Below, in pieces: positions 10,701 through 19,486 of a DNA stretch of 64,000 bases (the first letter of the stretch is position 1; each line of letters starts with the position of its first letter). This DNA is from a virus (Duplodnaviria; Caudoviricetes): positions 15,204 to 79,203 of the IMG/VR virus record IMGVR_UViG_3300037454_001182; one strand, given 5' to 3'. The position numbers and the translations under genes were made by a program. The notes beneath the pieces are model-generated. The model was not told where the DNA came from. It worked only from the letters and a program-made list of their open reading frames with translations, and did not search any database.

Positions 10701-13315
10701 TTCAACTTTTCATCAATGGGGTTTTCGGCTTGCCTCTGGCGTAATTCATCCAGTTCTGCCTCTGCCTCTTCGATGAAAGCCTCTAACCGGGTCTGGCCTG
10801 TCTCAAAATCTATCTGCTCATTAGCCTCTTGCCAATGCTCAGTCATATCTTTTGCCCGAGAATAGAAGTCAACGATGGACTGTCTGACTTCTGCGTTATC
10901 TCTGGCCTCTTGGATTCGGATTTCAATAGGGGTATTTTCCTCACGGATTCTGGCCTGTAATTCCTCATACTTTTGCACCTGCTCTTCCCATATTTTCAGT
11001 TGAGCCTCTGCACCAGGCAAACGCCTCTTTGCGGTGACTTGACTGTTGGAACCAGTATATTGTGACTGATACATCGCTGTCAAAGATGGTGTACCATCAC
11101 CAATCTCTGCCTTTAAGTCAGCAACTACTTTACGGTACTCTTCGACCTTTTTCTTGGCCTCTTCATACTCTTGCTCTTCCAGTTCTTTGTTGAGTTCTCT
11201 CTGGCCATCGGCTGCACCCAGAGCGGCTAACTGCTGTTGGGTGTACTTGTCTGTGATGTCTGGAACGAGAGTTTTCAACTCATTGTAGGCGGCTAACTGT
11301 GCAAGTTCTGTCTGGTTCTTATCCTGTATGGTACGGAGTAACCCCTGCACCTTATCCCTGCGCTCTTCATTGAGTTTGTTCTGCTCTTCCATCGCCTCAT
11401 TAGCCTTGCGAGTGGCTTTCTCTGTCTCTGATTCAGCGGTACAGAGTTTATACACTAAATAGGTCACACCTACAATGGCCGCACCCATCCAGAATATAGG
11501 GGATGCGAGGAACGAGGCATTAACGGCATCAATGGCTTTCTTCAATGTGAGTTTAACCCCTGCGAGTATTCCAGTGGCCGTTGCATCGGCTCCCTGTGCT
11601 GCGGTATCTACTACGGTTGCGGCACTATTGGCCATCTTTGAAGTGGTCTCTGCCTTTGCTGCGGCTGCGGCTGCAACCTCTCTTGCTGCCATCAATTCCT
11701 TGGCTACACTGTTCCTGTTGGATGCTGCGGTATTCAGTTCCAACTCTGCGGATTCAATGGCTGTCTGGTTCCCAGATTGAACGGCTGCGGCATATTTGGC
11801 TTCTGCGGCTGCTACGGCTGTTTCTGCCTCTTCCAGTCTCAACGCTATCTGCGCTGAAATGGTAGTGGATTCATTGAAAGCGGCCTGTGCCTCTGCGGCC
11901 TGTGCCTGTAAGTTCGCAAGGTGGGCTGCTGCCTCTTCACGCAATGAGGTGATGAGGGCTGCTTTCTCTGGTGTCAGTCTGCCCTCTGCCACGGCAATCT
12001 CGATGTCACTTTGGGCTTCGGCTTGCTTCAACGGTAGGATGGTTTGCAGTTGCGCAATCTCGGCCTCATACGCGGCATTGGTGGCCGCAACCTCACTACT
12101 GGCAACGAGGGAGTTTTTCAGTCCATTTGCTGCCAACATTCCGCGATAGGTGGCGTAGGCTGCAATGAACAATTCCAGAGTAGTCAAGGCCGACTGCATA
12201 CTGCCATTGTCGAAAGCCTCATTCATGCTCTCTGCGATACTCTTACTCATTGAACGAATCTCATCACCAATAGGCATGAAGTACGCAAAGATGTTATTGC
12301 GTAGTCTGGTAGTGGCGTTCCCTGCGGAGTCAGCCATCTTCTCATAAGCGGCTGTGGCTGCACCTGTGGAGTTTTTCATATCCTCGAAGTCCTGACGTGC
12401 TGATGCGGCATTCTCACCAGTGAGTGCCAGAACAGCATTCATGGCTTGTAGTTTTGACAGGTCACTCTTCAAAGCGGATTCAGAACCCTTGGATTTCTCA
12501 GCCACCTCATCCATCGCTTCAAGGAAAGTTCTACTCTTGAAAGCACCATCACCCAGAGAGTTTGTAGTGGCCGTGATAGCATCGCGTACTTGACGGATGG
12601 CAATACCTGTCTTTGTTCCAGATTTGGTGAGTGATGCGACTGCGGCCAGAACATCTTCAATGGCAACTCCATACGCTGCGGCTATTGGTGTCACCTGCGC
12701 AATGTACGATCCTAATTCTCCGTAGGTAGTCTTACCGAGTTTGACAGTGGTAAACAGCAGGTCATTGACGTGCGCGGCTTCCTCTGCACTCATCTTGTAT
12801 GAGTTCAAGATGGTAGTGATGGCATCTGCGGCTATGGCCGTTTCAGTAACGCCACCAATGGCACCCTTGGCAGATTCTTCAAGAACCCTCAAACCATCGG
12901 CTCCATGATGTCCGGCAGATTCAATCTGATAGAGTGCCTTTGCTGCCTCTTCTGGGGCAATGGCTATCTCGGTACAGAGTTCTACGACCCTCTGTTTGTA
13001 TGATTCAAGATTATTGGTGACATCTTCAGACAGGGTGCTAACTTCTTTCATGGCGGCTGAGAACTTGCCCATGTCGCTATACAGGGTCTTGATGAAGTTC
13101 CCAGATTCCATTAACGCGGTCAGTCCGGCCACACCTGCAGCCAGTTGTTTCACTCCACCCAAAGCGGATGAGGTGACACGTTGGAACATGGATTCAATAC
13201 TGTTGCCGCTTTTCTCAACAGCATTCTCCATACGCTTCACTCCCTGCTGCACTCCATTGAAAGAATCCAGTACGTTTCTGTTGTCACCTGTTATGTCGAA
13301 TTTTATACCTGCCAT
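7715..13315 (-). CDS. Tail tape measure protein (TP901-type N-terminal core), 1866 aa
   Basis: Long Ala/Glu-rich helical protein; N-terminal motifs such as AKGAIGGVTETAIAADAITTILNSY and TVKLGKTTYGEL; position after the chaperone gene. Confidence 0.93.
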   Translation of the reverse strand: MAGIKFDITGDNRNVLDSFNGVQQGVKRMENAVEKSGNSIESMFQRVTSSALGGVKQLAAGVAGLTALMESGNFIKTLYSDMGKFSAAMKEVSTLSEDVTNNLESYKQRVVELCTEIAIAPEEAAKALYQIESAGHHGADGLRVLEESAKGAIGGVTETAIAADAITTILNSYKMSAEEAAHVNDLLFTTVKLGKTTYGELGSYIAQVTPIAAAYGVAIEDVLAAVASLTKSGTKTGIAIRQVRDAITATTNSLGDGAFKSRTFLEAMDEVAEKSKGSESALKSDLSKLQAMNAVLALTGENAASARQDFEDMKNSTGAATAAYEKMADSAGNATTRLRNNIFAYFMPIGDEIRSMSKSIAESMNEAFDNGSMQSALTTLELFIAAYATYRGMLAANGLKNSLVASSEVAATNAAYEAEIAQLQTILPLKQAEAQSDIEIAVAEGRLTPEKAALITSLREEAAAHLANLQAQAAEAQAAFNESTTISAQIALRLEEAETAVAAAEAKYAAAVQSGNQTAIESAELELNTAASNRNSVAKELMAAREVAAAAAAKAETTSKMANSAATVVDTAAQGADATATGILAGVKLTLKKAIDAVNASFLASPIFWMGAAIVGVTYLVYKLCTAESETEKATRKANEAMEEQNKLNEERRDKVQGLLRTIQDKNQTELAQLAAYNELKTLVPDITDKYTQQQLAALGAADGQRELNKELEEQEYEEAKKKVEEYRKVVADLKAEIGDGTPSLTAMYQSQYTGSNSQVTAKRRLPGAEAQLKIWEEQVQKYEELQARIREENTPIEIRIQEARDNAEVRQSIVDFYSRAKDMTEHWQEANEQIDFETGQTRLEAFIEEAEAELDELRQRQAENPIDEKLNLELTEKQKILDALKGIKEKAESDGSNQVDFFLNAQFKFNWTTLQMQLNAALAKLNGLTAQTVEGGATSLQQEYDAAKSRYDAAIKKLAEIDANRSKYTKEERIAAQSELSTAKDAFAAVGGDVSTKSKNSDRQAANERAQRIKQEQKYQDLLRRQRLDRERAAKDMEFATTQATIDAMEEGSRKQAAQINLDFERQKEEIERAYADLRQKKIDEARQLWEANPDNKGKAFDESTVNTDYTDAETANYRERLRAAEVEHNRALENLRQEDLQHLYDYIKEYGSIQDQKAAIAAEYANKIAKEQDAIQKAALEKERDRLIAELDMTELQNSIDWETLFDNLDRQSTEALRQLKAKLKAALDMKDISPENAKLLAEKILEIEDKISERTNVWSSLIPALKERERLTRAAAEAQDEYNRKLREQQEAMDVVTGLQLAIIDQIHEVVGEDMHVDLDLNTVTPDQKLDIFELYGIDETSEAGQRLSEAFDQLQIATTDLGEAMEDTSNAQKKVSNANAMLSGSSIGDIFKNAVSSQGGGAMGIINLINENSQSMADFIDKIGVENTDFGQAVHGFADGVNGFTSAIGALAKGDVFGAINGVLDGVAGFARMGINIFAGRGNEDEMEKEIAELARVNEILSDSIEKLASKISDSTSTNKESVEAYRKALDAERDWEANQRRAINDRASEYANSGYGFLGLGGKHSFNANSQGSGWAGWNEFNQILREHGYSSTVNSAGSMWNLTPEEMQLLRDFAPTRWAELFSTDGHRNPQDLVNEYIARSGKIDELTSALNEKLTGYSWDGFMDSYKSMLKNLDSTTEDFADHIQELITNALVESFVNETLKDDIKALYDYIAKASEDGMIDAAEKARIEQMNQAISDKSLAWRENMQASGMIKSNKDPYEQNVSTGGWSSMGQDTADELNGRFTALQMSGERISEGITSMVTTLAALSALADGRNLTLVEIRNLMITNNAFLEDILEANKKAYQKFEQQLDKIVTQTK

Positions 13316-13376
13316 ATCTCGATGTCCTATTTGTACGATTTTACGTTTGCACCTTTTTTATAGTGCGTCAAGTTCG

Positions 13377-14105
13377 TCAAGCCCCCACCTCAACCCCTCT
13401 ATTCTTCATTGCTGCGAGAATCTTCTGTGCGTTGTTGGGGTCAGAGGCATCTACGGATGTTCCTCCTACCTCTTCTGGCAGTTCCTTACGCTCTTCATCT
13501 GTAAGGTGTAGTGTTGTCACCTTATCTGCGAGCATGAGGCGTAGGAACGAGTAGCCACGCTGATAGAGTATTTCGTCAGTAGTGAATCCCATTTCCAGTA
13601 GCGGTGCTATGAACGTGCCGAACATTCCCTTACCATTGAATGATACGGAATTTTTGTCGTGCTTGTTCTTTACCTCCATCACGGTATGCAGTCTATCATG
13701 CTCTTTGTCGAGGCCCATGTGTTTGATAAGCTGCTCTGTCTTATCGGTAGTGAGTACCATGATGAGTAGGGACGCAAGGTCACTGGGTTCAATCTCATTC
13801 ACGAAGTAATTCTTTCGGATGGTGATTGAACGATGGTCGAATAAGTCTTTGTATGTATTGGGGGCTGTATGATACGCTAATATCTGGCAGCACTTTTCCT
13901 TATCTTTGTTGACAAGGCGCATGGCTTCCAGAAATGGATTGACGTGTAAGATGGACTGGTCTATTTCCAGACTGTCTATCTGACGCTTCAACAAGAACAT
14001 TTTGGCAAGGGTGATGGGGTAGAGATAAAAATGCTTGCGACCAACCGTGAATCCGTATGGTCTGCCAATTATAACGTCTGCGAGGTCATATTCTATCTCT
14101 TTCAT
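13377..14105 (-). CDS. Putative tail assembly chaperone
   Basis: Synteny: between tail tube and tape measure genes. Confidence 0.6.
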   Translation of the reverse strand: MKEIEYDLADVIIGRPYGFTVGRKHFYLYPITLAKMFLLKRQIDSLEIDQSILHVNPFLEAMRLVNKDKEKCCQILAYHTAPNTYKDLFDHRSITIRKNYFVNEIEPSDLASLLIMVLTTDKTEQLIKHMGLDKEHDRLHTVMEVKNKHDKNSVSFNGKGMFGTFIAPLLEMGFTTDEILYQRGYSFLRLMLADKVTTLHLTDEERKELPEEVGGTSVDASDPNNAQKILAAMKNRGVEVGA

Positions 14106-14124
14106 CGGTTGTTCTTTTTAGTTG

Positions 14125-14196
14125 CTCTGGGTGCGAGGCTCGAACTCGCGACTTCCACTCTTTCAAGTGACGTTCTACCAACTGAACTAACCCAGA
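14125..14196 (-). tRNA. tRNA-like gene (Phe-GAA-like) with a 6-nt anticodon loop and no encoded CCA
   Basis: Cloverleaf: acceptor TCTGGGT/ACCCAGA, D arm GTTC-AGTTGGTA-GAAC, anticodon arm TCACT-TGAAAG-AGTGG, T arm GCGAG-TTCGAGC-CTCGC. 72 nt, one short of canonical. Confidence 0.75.
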
Positions 14197-14239
14197 TGTG
14201 GGGCCTTACTGCTATCACCCCCACATGGTATGAGGCTCC

Positions 14240-14677
14240 TTAACCGCCAGCTTGTGCAGCTTTGGCGGCAAAGGTGATGTCGGTCAAGTGACCATTTGCG
14301 TCTGTCTTTCCCTTGGTCTTATAGGTGTAAACAGCCACAAGACCATCGGTAGTGTCAAACTTGACAGCAACATGCTTGGAGCAGTCGGTGAGGGTGCAAC
14401 CAATGGCACCTACCAGTTCTGGAGTAACGGTAACGTTGTTTCCGCTTCCAGAAAATCCAAGTTGGCCGTTTACCTCCGACACATCACCGATACGACGATT
14501 GAAAGTAAGGATGTACTTATCTGGGGCTTTCTTCGTACCCTCGGATTCTCCACCCTCAATGTTGGCGTTCTGCTCTTGACCCTCTTCAACAGAAAGCGAT
14601 GTGCTGTTTTCCACGATGTCAGAGAAACCTCCGGCCTCGCACTTACCCCAACCTAAAACTTTTGTTACGTTTGGCAT
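14240..14677 (-). CDS. Major tail (tube) protein
   Basis: 145 aa after head-tail joining genes; GWGKC...ENSTSLSVEEG motif resembles Bacteroidetes phage tail tube proteins. Confidence 0.7.
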   Translation of the reverse strand: MPNVTKVLGWGKCEAGGFSDIVENSTSLSVEEGQEQNANIEGGESEGTKKAPDKYILTFNRRIGDVSEVNGQLGFSGSGNNVTVTPELVGAIGCTLTDCSKHVAVKFDTTDGLVAVYTYKTKGKTDANGHLTDITFAAKAAQAGG

Positions 14678-14681
14678 AGTT

Positions 14682-15083
14682 CTATTCGTTTAATGATTTA
14701 TACTCGATTTGATTATTGATGATGTGTTCACTGGTTGCCTCCACCTCATACACCCTCTGCCGGAGCAGTGAGGCGCGATAGGAGTTGTCTGCACCCCAGA
14801 ACACATTAAACAGTGATACGGCCTTTTTGCAAAGTTCCTCGATGCGCACTGTGTCCTCTTCTGGCTGATTGTCAACGGTGATGTCAGCGACATAGATATT
14901 CACATTCACGGTGGCTACCTGGACTTGACGGTTCTCATTGGCGAGGACAGAGATAATTATATCCTCTTTCTTTGAGTTGTGCGGTCTTTTCCTCTTGCTC
15001 ACCTTTCCTGTGATGGTACTTGCCAACTCCGAGCCTTTGATGTGCTTGAAGATGTCAGTCTTTATCTCTTCGTCCGTTTTCAT
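14682..15083 (-). CDS. Tail terminator/completion protein
   Basis: Synteny and size (133 aa). Confidence 0.55.
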   Translation of the reverse strand: MKTDEEIKTDIFKHIKGSELASTITGKVSKRKRPHNSKKEDIIISVLANENRQVQVATVNVNIYVADITVDNQPEEDTVRIEELCKKAVSLFNVFWGADNSYRASLLRQRVYEVEATSEHIINNQIEYKSLNE

Positions 15084-15562
15084 AGAGTGAGTGCGTTTAT
15101 TTTCTTTAATGCGACTTCCTTTGCTCTTTCGAGCCGTGCGTTTACCTCATTTTGCGCCCATATCCGTGTGGATTCCAGAACGTCTTTACTCTCGATAGCC
15201 TCTACCTTGTCTGCATAGTTCATGGCTGCTACAACCACAAGTGCAAAGACATTGGCATATTCCCTTGCCAGTTCTGCAACCATCTTCTTTCCCTCATCGG
15301 AACCGAGTTTCCCAGACTTGACCACATCGAATGCGGATTCAATCTGTTTCACTCCGTAGTCATAGATGGAGTAGCCGATGGATGAACGCAGGTTGGCGGT
15401 ATGGTCTATCCAACTCTCATCTGCTGTGCGGTCTCTGACCTTGCGAACACTTTCCTCTCCGAGTTTGGCAAAGGCCATGAAGATTTCGTTTTTGATGATG
15501 TCAAAACTTTTCTTCAAGAAAGCCTCAACTGCACTTGCAGGGGTTGTCATTCTTATTGCCAT
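15080..15562 (-). CDS. HK97 gp10-like neck/tail component
   Basis: WIDHTANLRSSIGY motif and AAMNYA; synteny. Confidence 0.65.
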   Translation of the reverse strand: MAIRMTTPASAVEAFLKKSFDIIKNEIFMAFAKLGEESVRKVRDRTADESWIDHTANLRSSIGYSIYDYGVKQIESAFDVVKSGKLGSDEGKKMVAELAREYANVFALVVVAAMNYADKVEAIESKDVLESTRIWAQNEVNARLERAKEVALKKINALTL

Positions 15563-15565
15563 AGG

Positions 15566-15904
15566 TCACACCCAGATTTTACACTGCATTTGGTATCTGT
15601 GAAAGCCCTTTACCTTAAACTCCCTTACCTCTTCACTGTCATAGAATCGGATGCGGATTGTTTCACCGTACTTGAACTCTCGGCAGGTTCTCGGTAGGTT
15701 GTATATGGTGTACTCGTATGGCTCTACCTTTCCGTCTGGAATGGTGATGGTGTTGGCCTTACCTGCTGGCACGATGTCGCACTTGCAGTAGCCATTGACC
15801 CAGACTGATGAGCCTTTGATGTAATCGCCAGTCTCTTCATCATCGTGGCCGGGAACCACCTCCAGATAATCCAGAGTATGAGCGGCAAAGTCGAGTACAG
15901 CCAT
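15566..15904 (-). CDS. Head closure/adaptor protein
   Basis: Synteny; start moved to MAVLDF (ATG at 15904). Confidence 0.55.
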   Translation of the reverse strand: MAVLDFAAHTLDYLEVVPGHDDEETGDYIKGSSVWVNGYCKCDIVPAGKANTITIPDGKVEPYEYTIYNLPRTCREFKYGETIRIRFYDSEEVREFKVKGFHRYQMQCKIWV

Positions 15905-15908
15905 ATTA

Positions 15909-16232
15909 CTAACCTCCGATATATACCATCGGCTCACCGCCTACTGGAGGTTCACCGATGGCTTGGTAAAGTGAATTGATGCGGACTAACAGCCTTTCCT
16001 TATCCTTGTCAGTCAAAGCACTAATGCTCTTGTCTGATTCATGGACGGATGGGGCTTGCAGAAGAGAGTAGAGACAATCAGCCAGAGCACCTTTCCACTC
16101 GTTGGTTTGGGAAATCTCATAGGTGTATTCACCCTCACCGTCAAGTCTGCGCTCAATGAGTTTATTATCCACAAATCCCACTCCTACGGGATAGTGAACC
16201 TCATCAATTAGGGCCTGTCTGATTGTTTTCAT
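15909..16232 (-). CDS. Head-tail connector protein
   Basis: 107 aa directly after the major capsid gene. Confidence 0.6.
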   Translation of the reverse strand: MKTIRQALIDEVHYPVGVGFVDNKLIERRLDGEGEYTYEISQTNEWKGALADCLYSLLQAPSVHESDKSISALTDKDKERLLVRINSLYQAIGEPPVGGEPMVYIGG

Positions 16233-16246
16233 GCGCTATCCAGAGT

Positions 16247-17830
16247 TTAGGCGTTTGCGGCCTGGTTCACGGTAATGGTAGCGGTCTTAGTGCCGACAGT
16301 CACGGTAACTGTACCAGTACGAGCAGGTGCGCTTGTCTCGCTGTTGGCAGCAACCTTAACAGTCACGGTGTCACCGTCAATGGTAGGCGTAATCCATGCC
16401 TGTTCGGTAGTTGCGGTAGCGGTAGCAAGGTTCTCTGTGTCATTGGTGCCGACCTTTACGGTCTTACCTGTGTTGTCAGCGGTCTTGGCGAACTCCAGAG
16501 TGGCAGGTGTCAGAATGGGGAAGTAAACACAGCCTTTCAGCAGTTTCTTCTCATCCTTATCACTCAGACCGTTCACTGCGGTAATCACAGCGGAATCGGT
16601 TGCTGAAGATGCGATGTCAACACCCATAGACTTCAAGCCGCTAATAACGTCAGCCTTGACGTACTTCTTACCATTGATGGTGACGTAGGTATCTTCACTG
16701 TCTGCGGTCTCAGCCGTAGTGTCAACGGCAGCGGATTTCTCCTCGTTGCAGTCAATGACATAAATCTGGTCAACATCCTCAATGACAGGAAGAACGAGTG
16801 CTTGGCCGGAAGTGAACTCCTGCAAGGGGTCATTCTTCGAGTACTTGGAGATAAGTTTGTACTTGTCAACGGTAGCATACTTGACACCCTCAACAGGATT
16901 GGTAGCCTCAGCGAGAGTACCCCAGACGAGAGAGCCAACGATGGTGTTGCAGATGAACACGATGCGCTCGTCATTCCAAGGCTTCTCGGAGTGCTGCTTG
17001 CCGTTCTTTTCAAAGACAACGCTACGGTTGATGATTTCGATTTCATAGCCGAACTCATCCTCAAAGGCTTCCATCATGGCTTTCTTTGACGGAGTTTTCA
17101 GCTTATCATCATCATCGTAAATCTTGCCCTCATAGTCGGCAACCATTTCCTGTGCCCAACGGAGGCGACGGATAGCATCGAACCGCTTCTTAGACATCAG
17201 ACACTTAACGATGGTGTTACCATCCTCATTTGCCTTATCGTTGACGTTCTCGAAGTCCTCCTTAGACAACTCACCTTTCTTGATAGTGCCAAAGGTGTTC
17301 TCTTCCAGATAGCCATAGTTGACGCGGAGGCCAGTACCAGTGTTATCTTCGTCCTCAACAAGCACGACACCCTCACAAAGTCCAGTGAGGAAGTTTGCTT
17401 CGTTCTTTTCGTCAATACCAACCGAACAAGCCACACCGTCATTGGTGAGGTTCTGGATGATGCGGAACTTCTCGGCTTTCTTTGCCTCATCCGTGGTGGC
17501 TGTGGCATAGTGAGCCTTCATAATGTTGATGGTGTTGATTTCCGTTTCACGGAGAATCTTTTTCATACCCACCTTGGGCAGCTTACCATTCGAGGTGGCG
17601 AGGCTACCACGTTTCTTGATGGGCAGAGGGGAATCCATTGCCACCATGTCAGCAGCAACGTAAGTGGTCTTGGCACTTGTGCCCTCCCACTTCTGGTCAG
17701 CGGAATACACCTCGCGGAGCATGGTCTTATGCAGGTAGGTACGCTCTTTCGGGTCAACCTTTTCCTTGACATAGAGAGCCAACTTCGGCCAGATGCCACT
17801 GATGAACTCAATAAAAAGTGATTTCTTCAT
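16247..17830 (-). CDS. Major capsid protein with C-terminal extension ending in a BACON/Ig-like domain
   Basis: Follows scaffold and decoration genes; ~365-aa capsid-like body, then a helical linker domain and a Thr/Val-rich beta domain (QAWITPTIDGDTVTVKVAANSE..ARTGTVTVTVGTKTATITVNQAA). Confidence 0.8.
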   Translation of the reverse strand: MKKSLFIEFISGIWPKLALYVKEKVDPKERTYLHKTMLREVYSADQKWEGTSAKTTYVAADMVAMDSPLPIKKRGSLATSNGKLPKVGMKKILRETEINTINIMKAHYATATTDEAKKAEKFRIIQNLTNDGVACSVGIDEKNEANFLTGLCEGVVLVEDEDNTGTGLRVNYGYLEENTFGTIKKGELSKEDFENVNDKANEDGNTIVKCLMSKKRFDAIRRLRWAQEMVADYEGKIYDDDDKLKTPSKKAMMEAFEDEFGYEIEIINRSVVFEKNGKQHSEKPWNDERIVFICNTIVGSLVWGTLAEATNPVEGVKYATVDKYKLISKYSKNDPLQEFTSGQALVLPVIEDVDQIYVIDCNEEKSAAVDTTAETADSEDTYVTINGKKYVKADVISGLKSMGVDIASSATDSAVITAVNGLSDKDEKKLLKGCVYFPILTPATLEFAKTADNTGKTVKVGTNDTENLATATATTEQAWITPTIDGDTVTVKVAANSETSAPARTGTVTVTVGTKTATITVNQAANA

Positions 17831-17843
17831 TGTTCTCTACGGT

Positions 17844-18251
17844 TTAATCGTGTTCAAAAATGAGGTTCGGAAGAGCGGCCTTGACTGCTGCACGCTGTGT
17901 AGAATCTGCGAAGTCGTAAGGCATTGCCTTGTCATTCACGCGGCCATCATCCATAATACCGACCATAGGATAGTCGGCAGGCTTAGAGGCTACCACCACA
18001 CCTGCGTACTCATGGTCAGCAGGGAGTGAGGCATACTTTTCACCCGACACAGGCATGGGTTTGTAGGTATAGCTACCGTCCTCATCCAGAGTGCGGATAG
18101 CAAGGTGTCCGGCCTTAATCGGACCCTCAAACCCTGTCATATCGAGTGTGCAACCACCAGTGATACCACCGTTGTACTGGCGAATGACTACGGAGTCAAT
18201 ACCTGCAACGACAGCCTGGGGCTCGTTTACGAGATTTGCTTTTGCACCCAT
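17844..18251 (-). CDS. Head decoration protein (gpD-like)
   Basis: 135 aa between scaffold and capsid genes; GGCTLDMTGF..IKAGH motif. Confidence 0.65.
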   Translation of the reverse strand: MGAKANLVNEPQAVVAGIDSVVIRQYNGGITGGCTLDMTGFEGPIKAGHLAIRTLDEDGSYTYKPMPVSGEKYASLPADHEYAGVVVASKPADYPMVGIMDDGRVNDKAMPYDFADSTQRAAVKAALPNLIFEHD

Positions 18252-18286
18252 TGTTGTTAGGATTTAATTGTTAGACTTTGGACGAA

Positions 18287-19036
18287 TTAGCCTTTGGCCA
18301 GTTCCTTGACCTCATCATCCGACATTACTTCTTCATCGTCCTTTTTGACCGTGCTGCCGGGCATCGCACCTGCTGGCTTACTGAGGGTTTCCAAACCCTT
18401 ATCCAGACGGTCTTGATTCTCGGCTTCCAAATCGGCCTCAACCTCATCGAGGAAATCTTCAAAATCCTCTTCGGTCTTGAACGACATACGAGCGAAAGAC
18501 TTCATCACGCGCTCACCGTACTTGCCAGTGTCTTTGACAATAGCCTCCAGACGTGCTTTGCGGCTATCGGCAGTCTTACCACTCTTCAATTCCTCAACCT
18601 GCCCTTTGAGGCTGTTGATGGTCTCAGTCAGTGGAGAGAGAGCCTTGGCGAGTTGTGCAGCGAGGGAATCATCCTCACCCTTTCCACTCTTGCCTTTCTT
18701 TGAAGATGGACTCTTACGACCCTTTGGAGTGACTGGCTCATCGTCTTGGTCGTCATCATCGTCATCATCATCATCATCGTCAGCATCGAGCGAATCTTTG
18801 TACTGTTGGAAACGGCGGTCTGCGGCAGATTGAGCGAACTGTAACACGTCAATGGCGGCATTAACCTCTTCGTCAATGGCTTTTGTTACATCTTCGTCAC
18901 TGGCATCATCTTCGAGGTCAAGTTTATCGGCAACTTTGGCGGCGATACCCTTAATCTCCTTACGGCTGAACCCGAGCGCCTTAATTTCCTTTCTCGTTTT
19001 CAGCACTTCCAGAACTTTTCTAAAATGTCTGTTCAT
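18287..19036 (-). CDS. Capsid scaffolding protein
   Basis: Acidic, helical, with a poly-Asp tract; immediately upstream of decoration and capsid genes. Confidence 0.7.
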   Translation of the reverse strand: MNRHFRKVLEVLKTRKEIKALGFSRKEIKGIAAKVADKLDLEDDASDEDVTKAIDEEVNAAIDVLQFAQSAADRRFQQYKDSLDADDDDDDDDDDDQDDEPVTPKGRKSPSSKKGKSGKGEDDSLAAQLAKALSPLTETINSLKGQVEELKSGKTADSRKARLEAIVKDTGKYGERVMKSFARMSFKTEEDFEDFLDEVEADLEAENQDRLDKGLETLSKPAGAMPGSTVKKDDEEVMSDDEVKELAKG

Positions 19037-19059
19037 TGTTTTACGGATTTTGGTTTGTT

Positions 19060-19165
19060 AAAAATGGTCTGCGAGTGTGATACAGGCAGACCATCATCAG
19101 AACCACATCGTAAGAGCAATGTTTTAATCCGAACAGTTCTGTCACGTGCATCTTCACACGCTTTC
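19060..19165 (-). ncRNA. Candidate sRNA-1 carrying CAUUGCUCUUAC (antisense to AGAGCA-AUG starts)
   Basis: Promoter TTTG-N19-TACCTTTG at 19171-19201; stem CAGAAC/GTTCTG presents the seed (19110-19121) in its loop; terminator ATGGTCTGC/GCAGACCAT plus T-tract at 19060-19094. Confidence 0.6.
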
Positions 19166-19186
19166 GGTCGCAAAGGTACTCAAATT

Positions 19187-19203
19187 TATTTGAATAACAA
19201 ATA
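19187..19203. promoter_or_regulatory. Operator-like palindrome TATTTG-AATAA-CAAATA, copy 1, overlapping the -33 box
   Basis: Exact 17-mer found 5 times in the window. Confidence 0.75.
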
Positions 19204-19287
19204 ATTTTGTGATTTTTTTGCTAAAAAGTGAGGGTATTCGACAACTTTTGCTGCCAAACACCCTCTGGATGCAATGAAAACAGATAT

Positions 19288-19304
19288 TATTTGTTATTCA
19301 AATA
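19288..19304. promoter_or_regulatory. Operator-like palindrome, copy 2 (reverse orientation)
   Basis: TATTTGTTATTCAAATA is the reverse complement of copy 1. Confidence 0.7.
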
Positions 19305-19483
19305 TCTTCATCCTCATCTTCTGGCTCATCCAAATCTTCGATGTAGCCATCATCGACCAGGACGGAATATAAATCCTGTTTTGCGTTCACGGAAATTGCA
19401 TTGAAAACAACGTCCGCAACCTCTTCACTGGCATTCTCATAGAGCCAGTTATATACTGCTTGCTCCTTGGCTTTCGTGAACAT
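19298..19483 (-). CDS. Small acidic hypothetical protein
   Basis: 61-aa ORF in an operon with its neighbour. Confidence 0.6.
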   Translation of the reverse strand: MFTKAKEQAVYNWLYENASEEVADVVFNAISVNAKQDLYSVLVDDGYIEDLDEPEDEDEDI

Positions 19484-19486
19484 ATA

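Noticed and set aside
18752-18790. GAT/GAC trinucleotide run
   Set aside because: It simply encodes the poly-Asp tract of the scaffold protein.
19220-19285. Third sRNA copy (TTTTCATTGCATCC followed by a GAGGGT/ACCCTC hairpin and T-run)
   Set aside because: The seed diverges after CATTGC and there is no dedicated promoter; treated as the terminator of the 19298-19972 operon, though it may be a degenerate relative.
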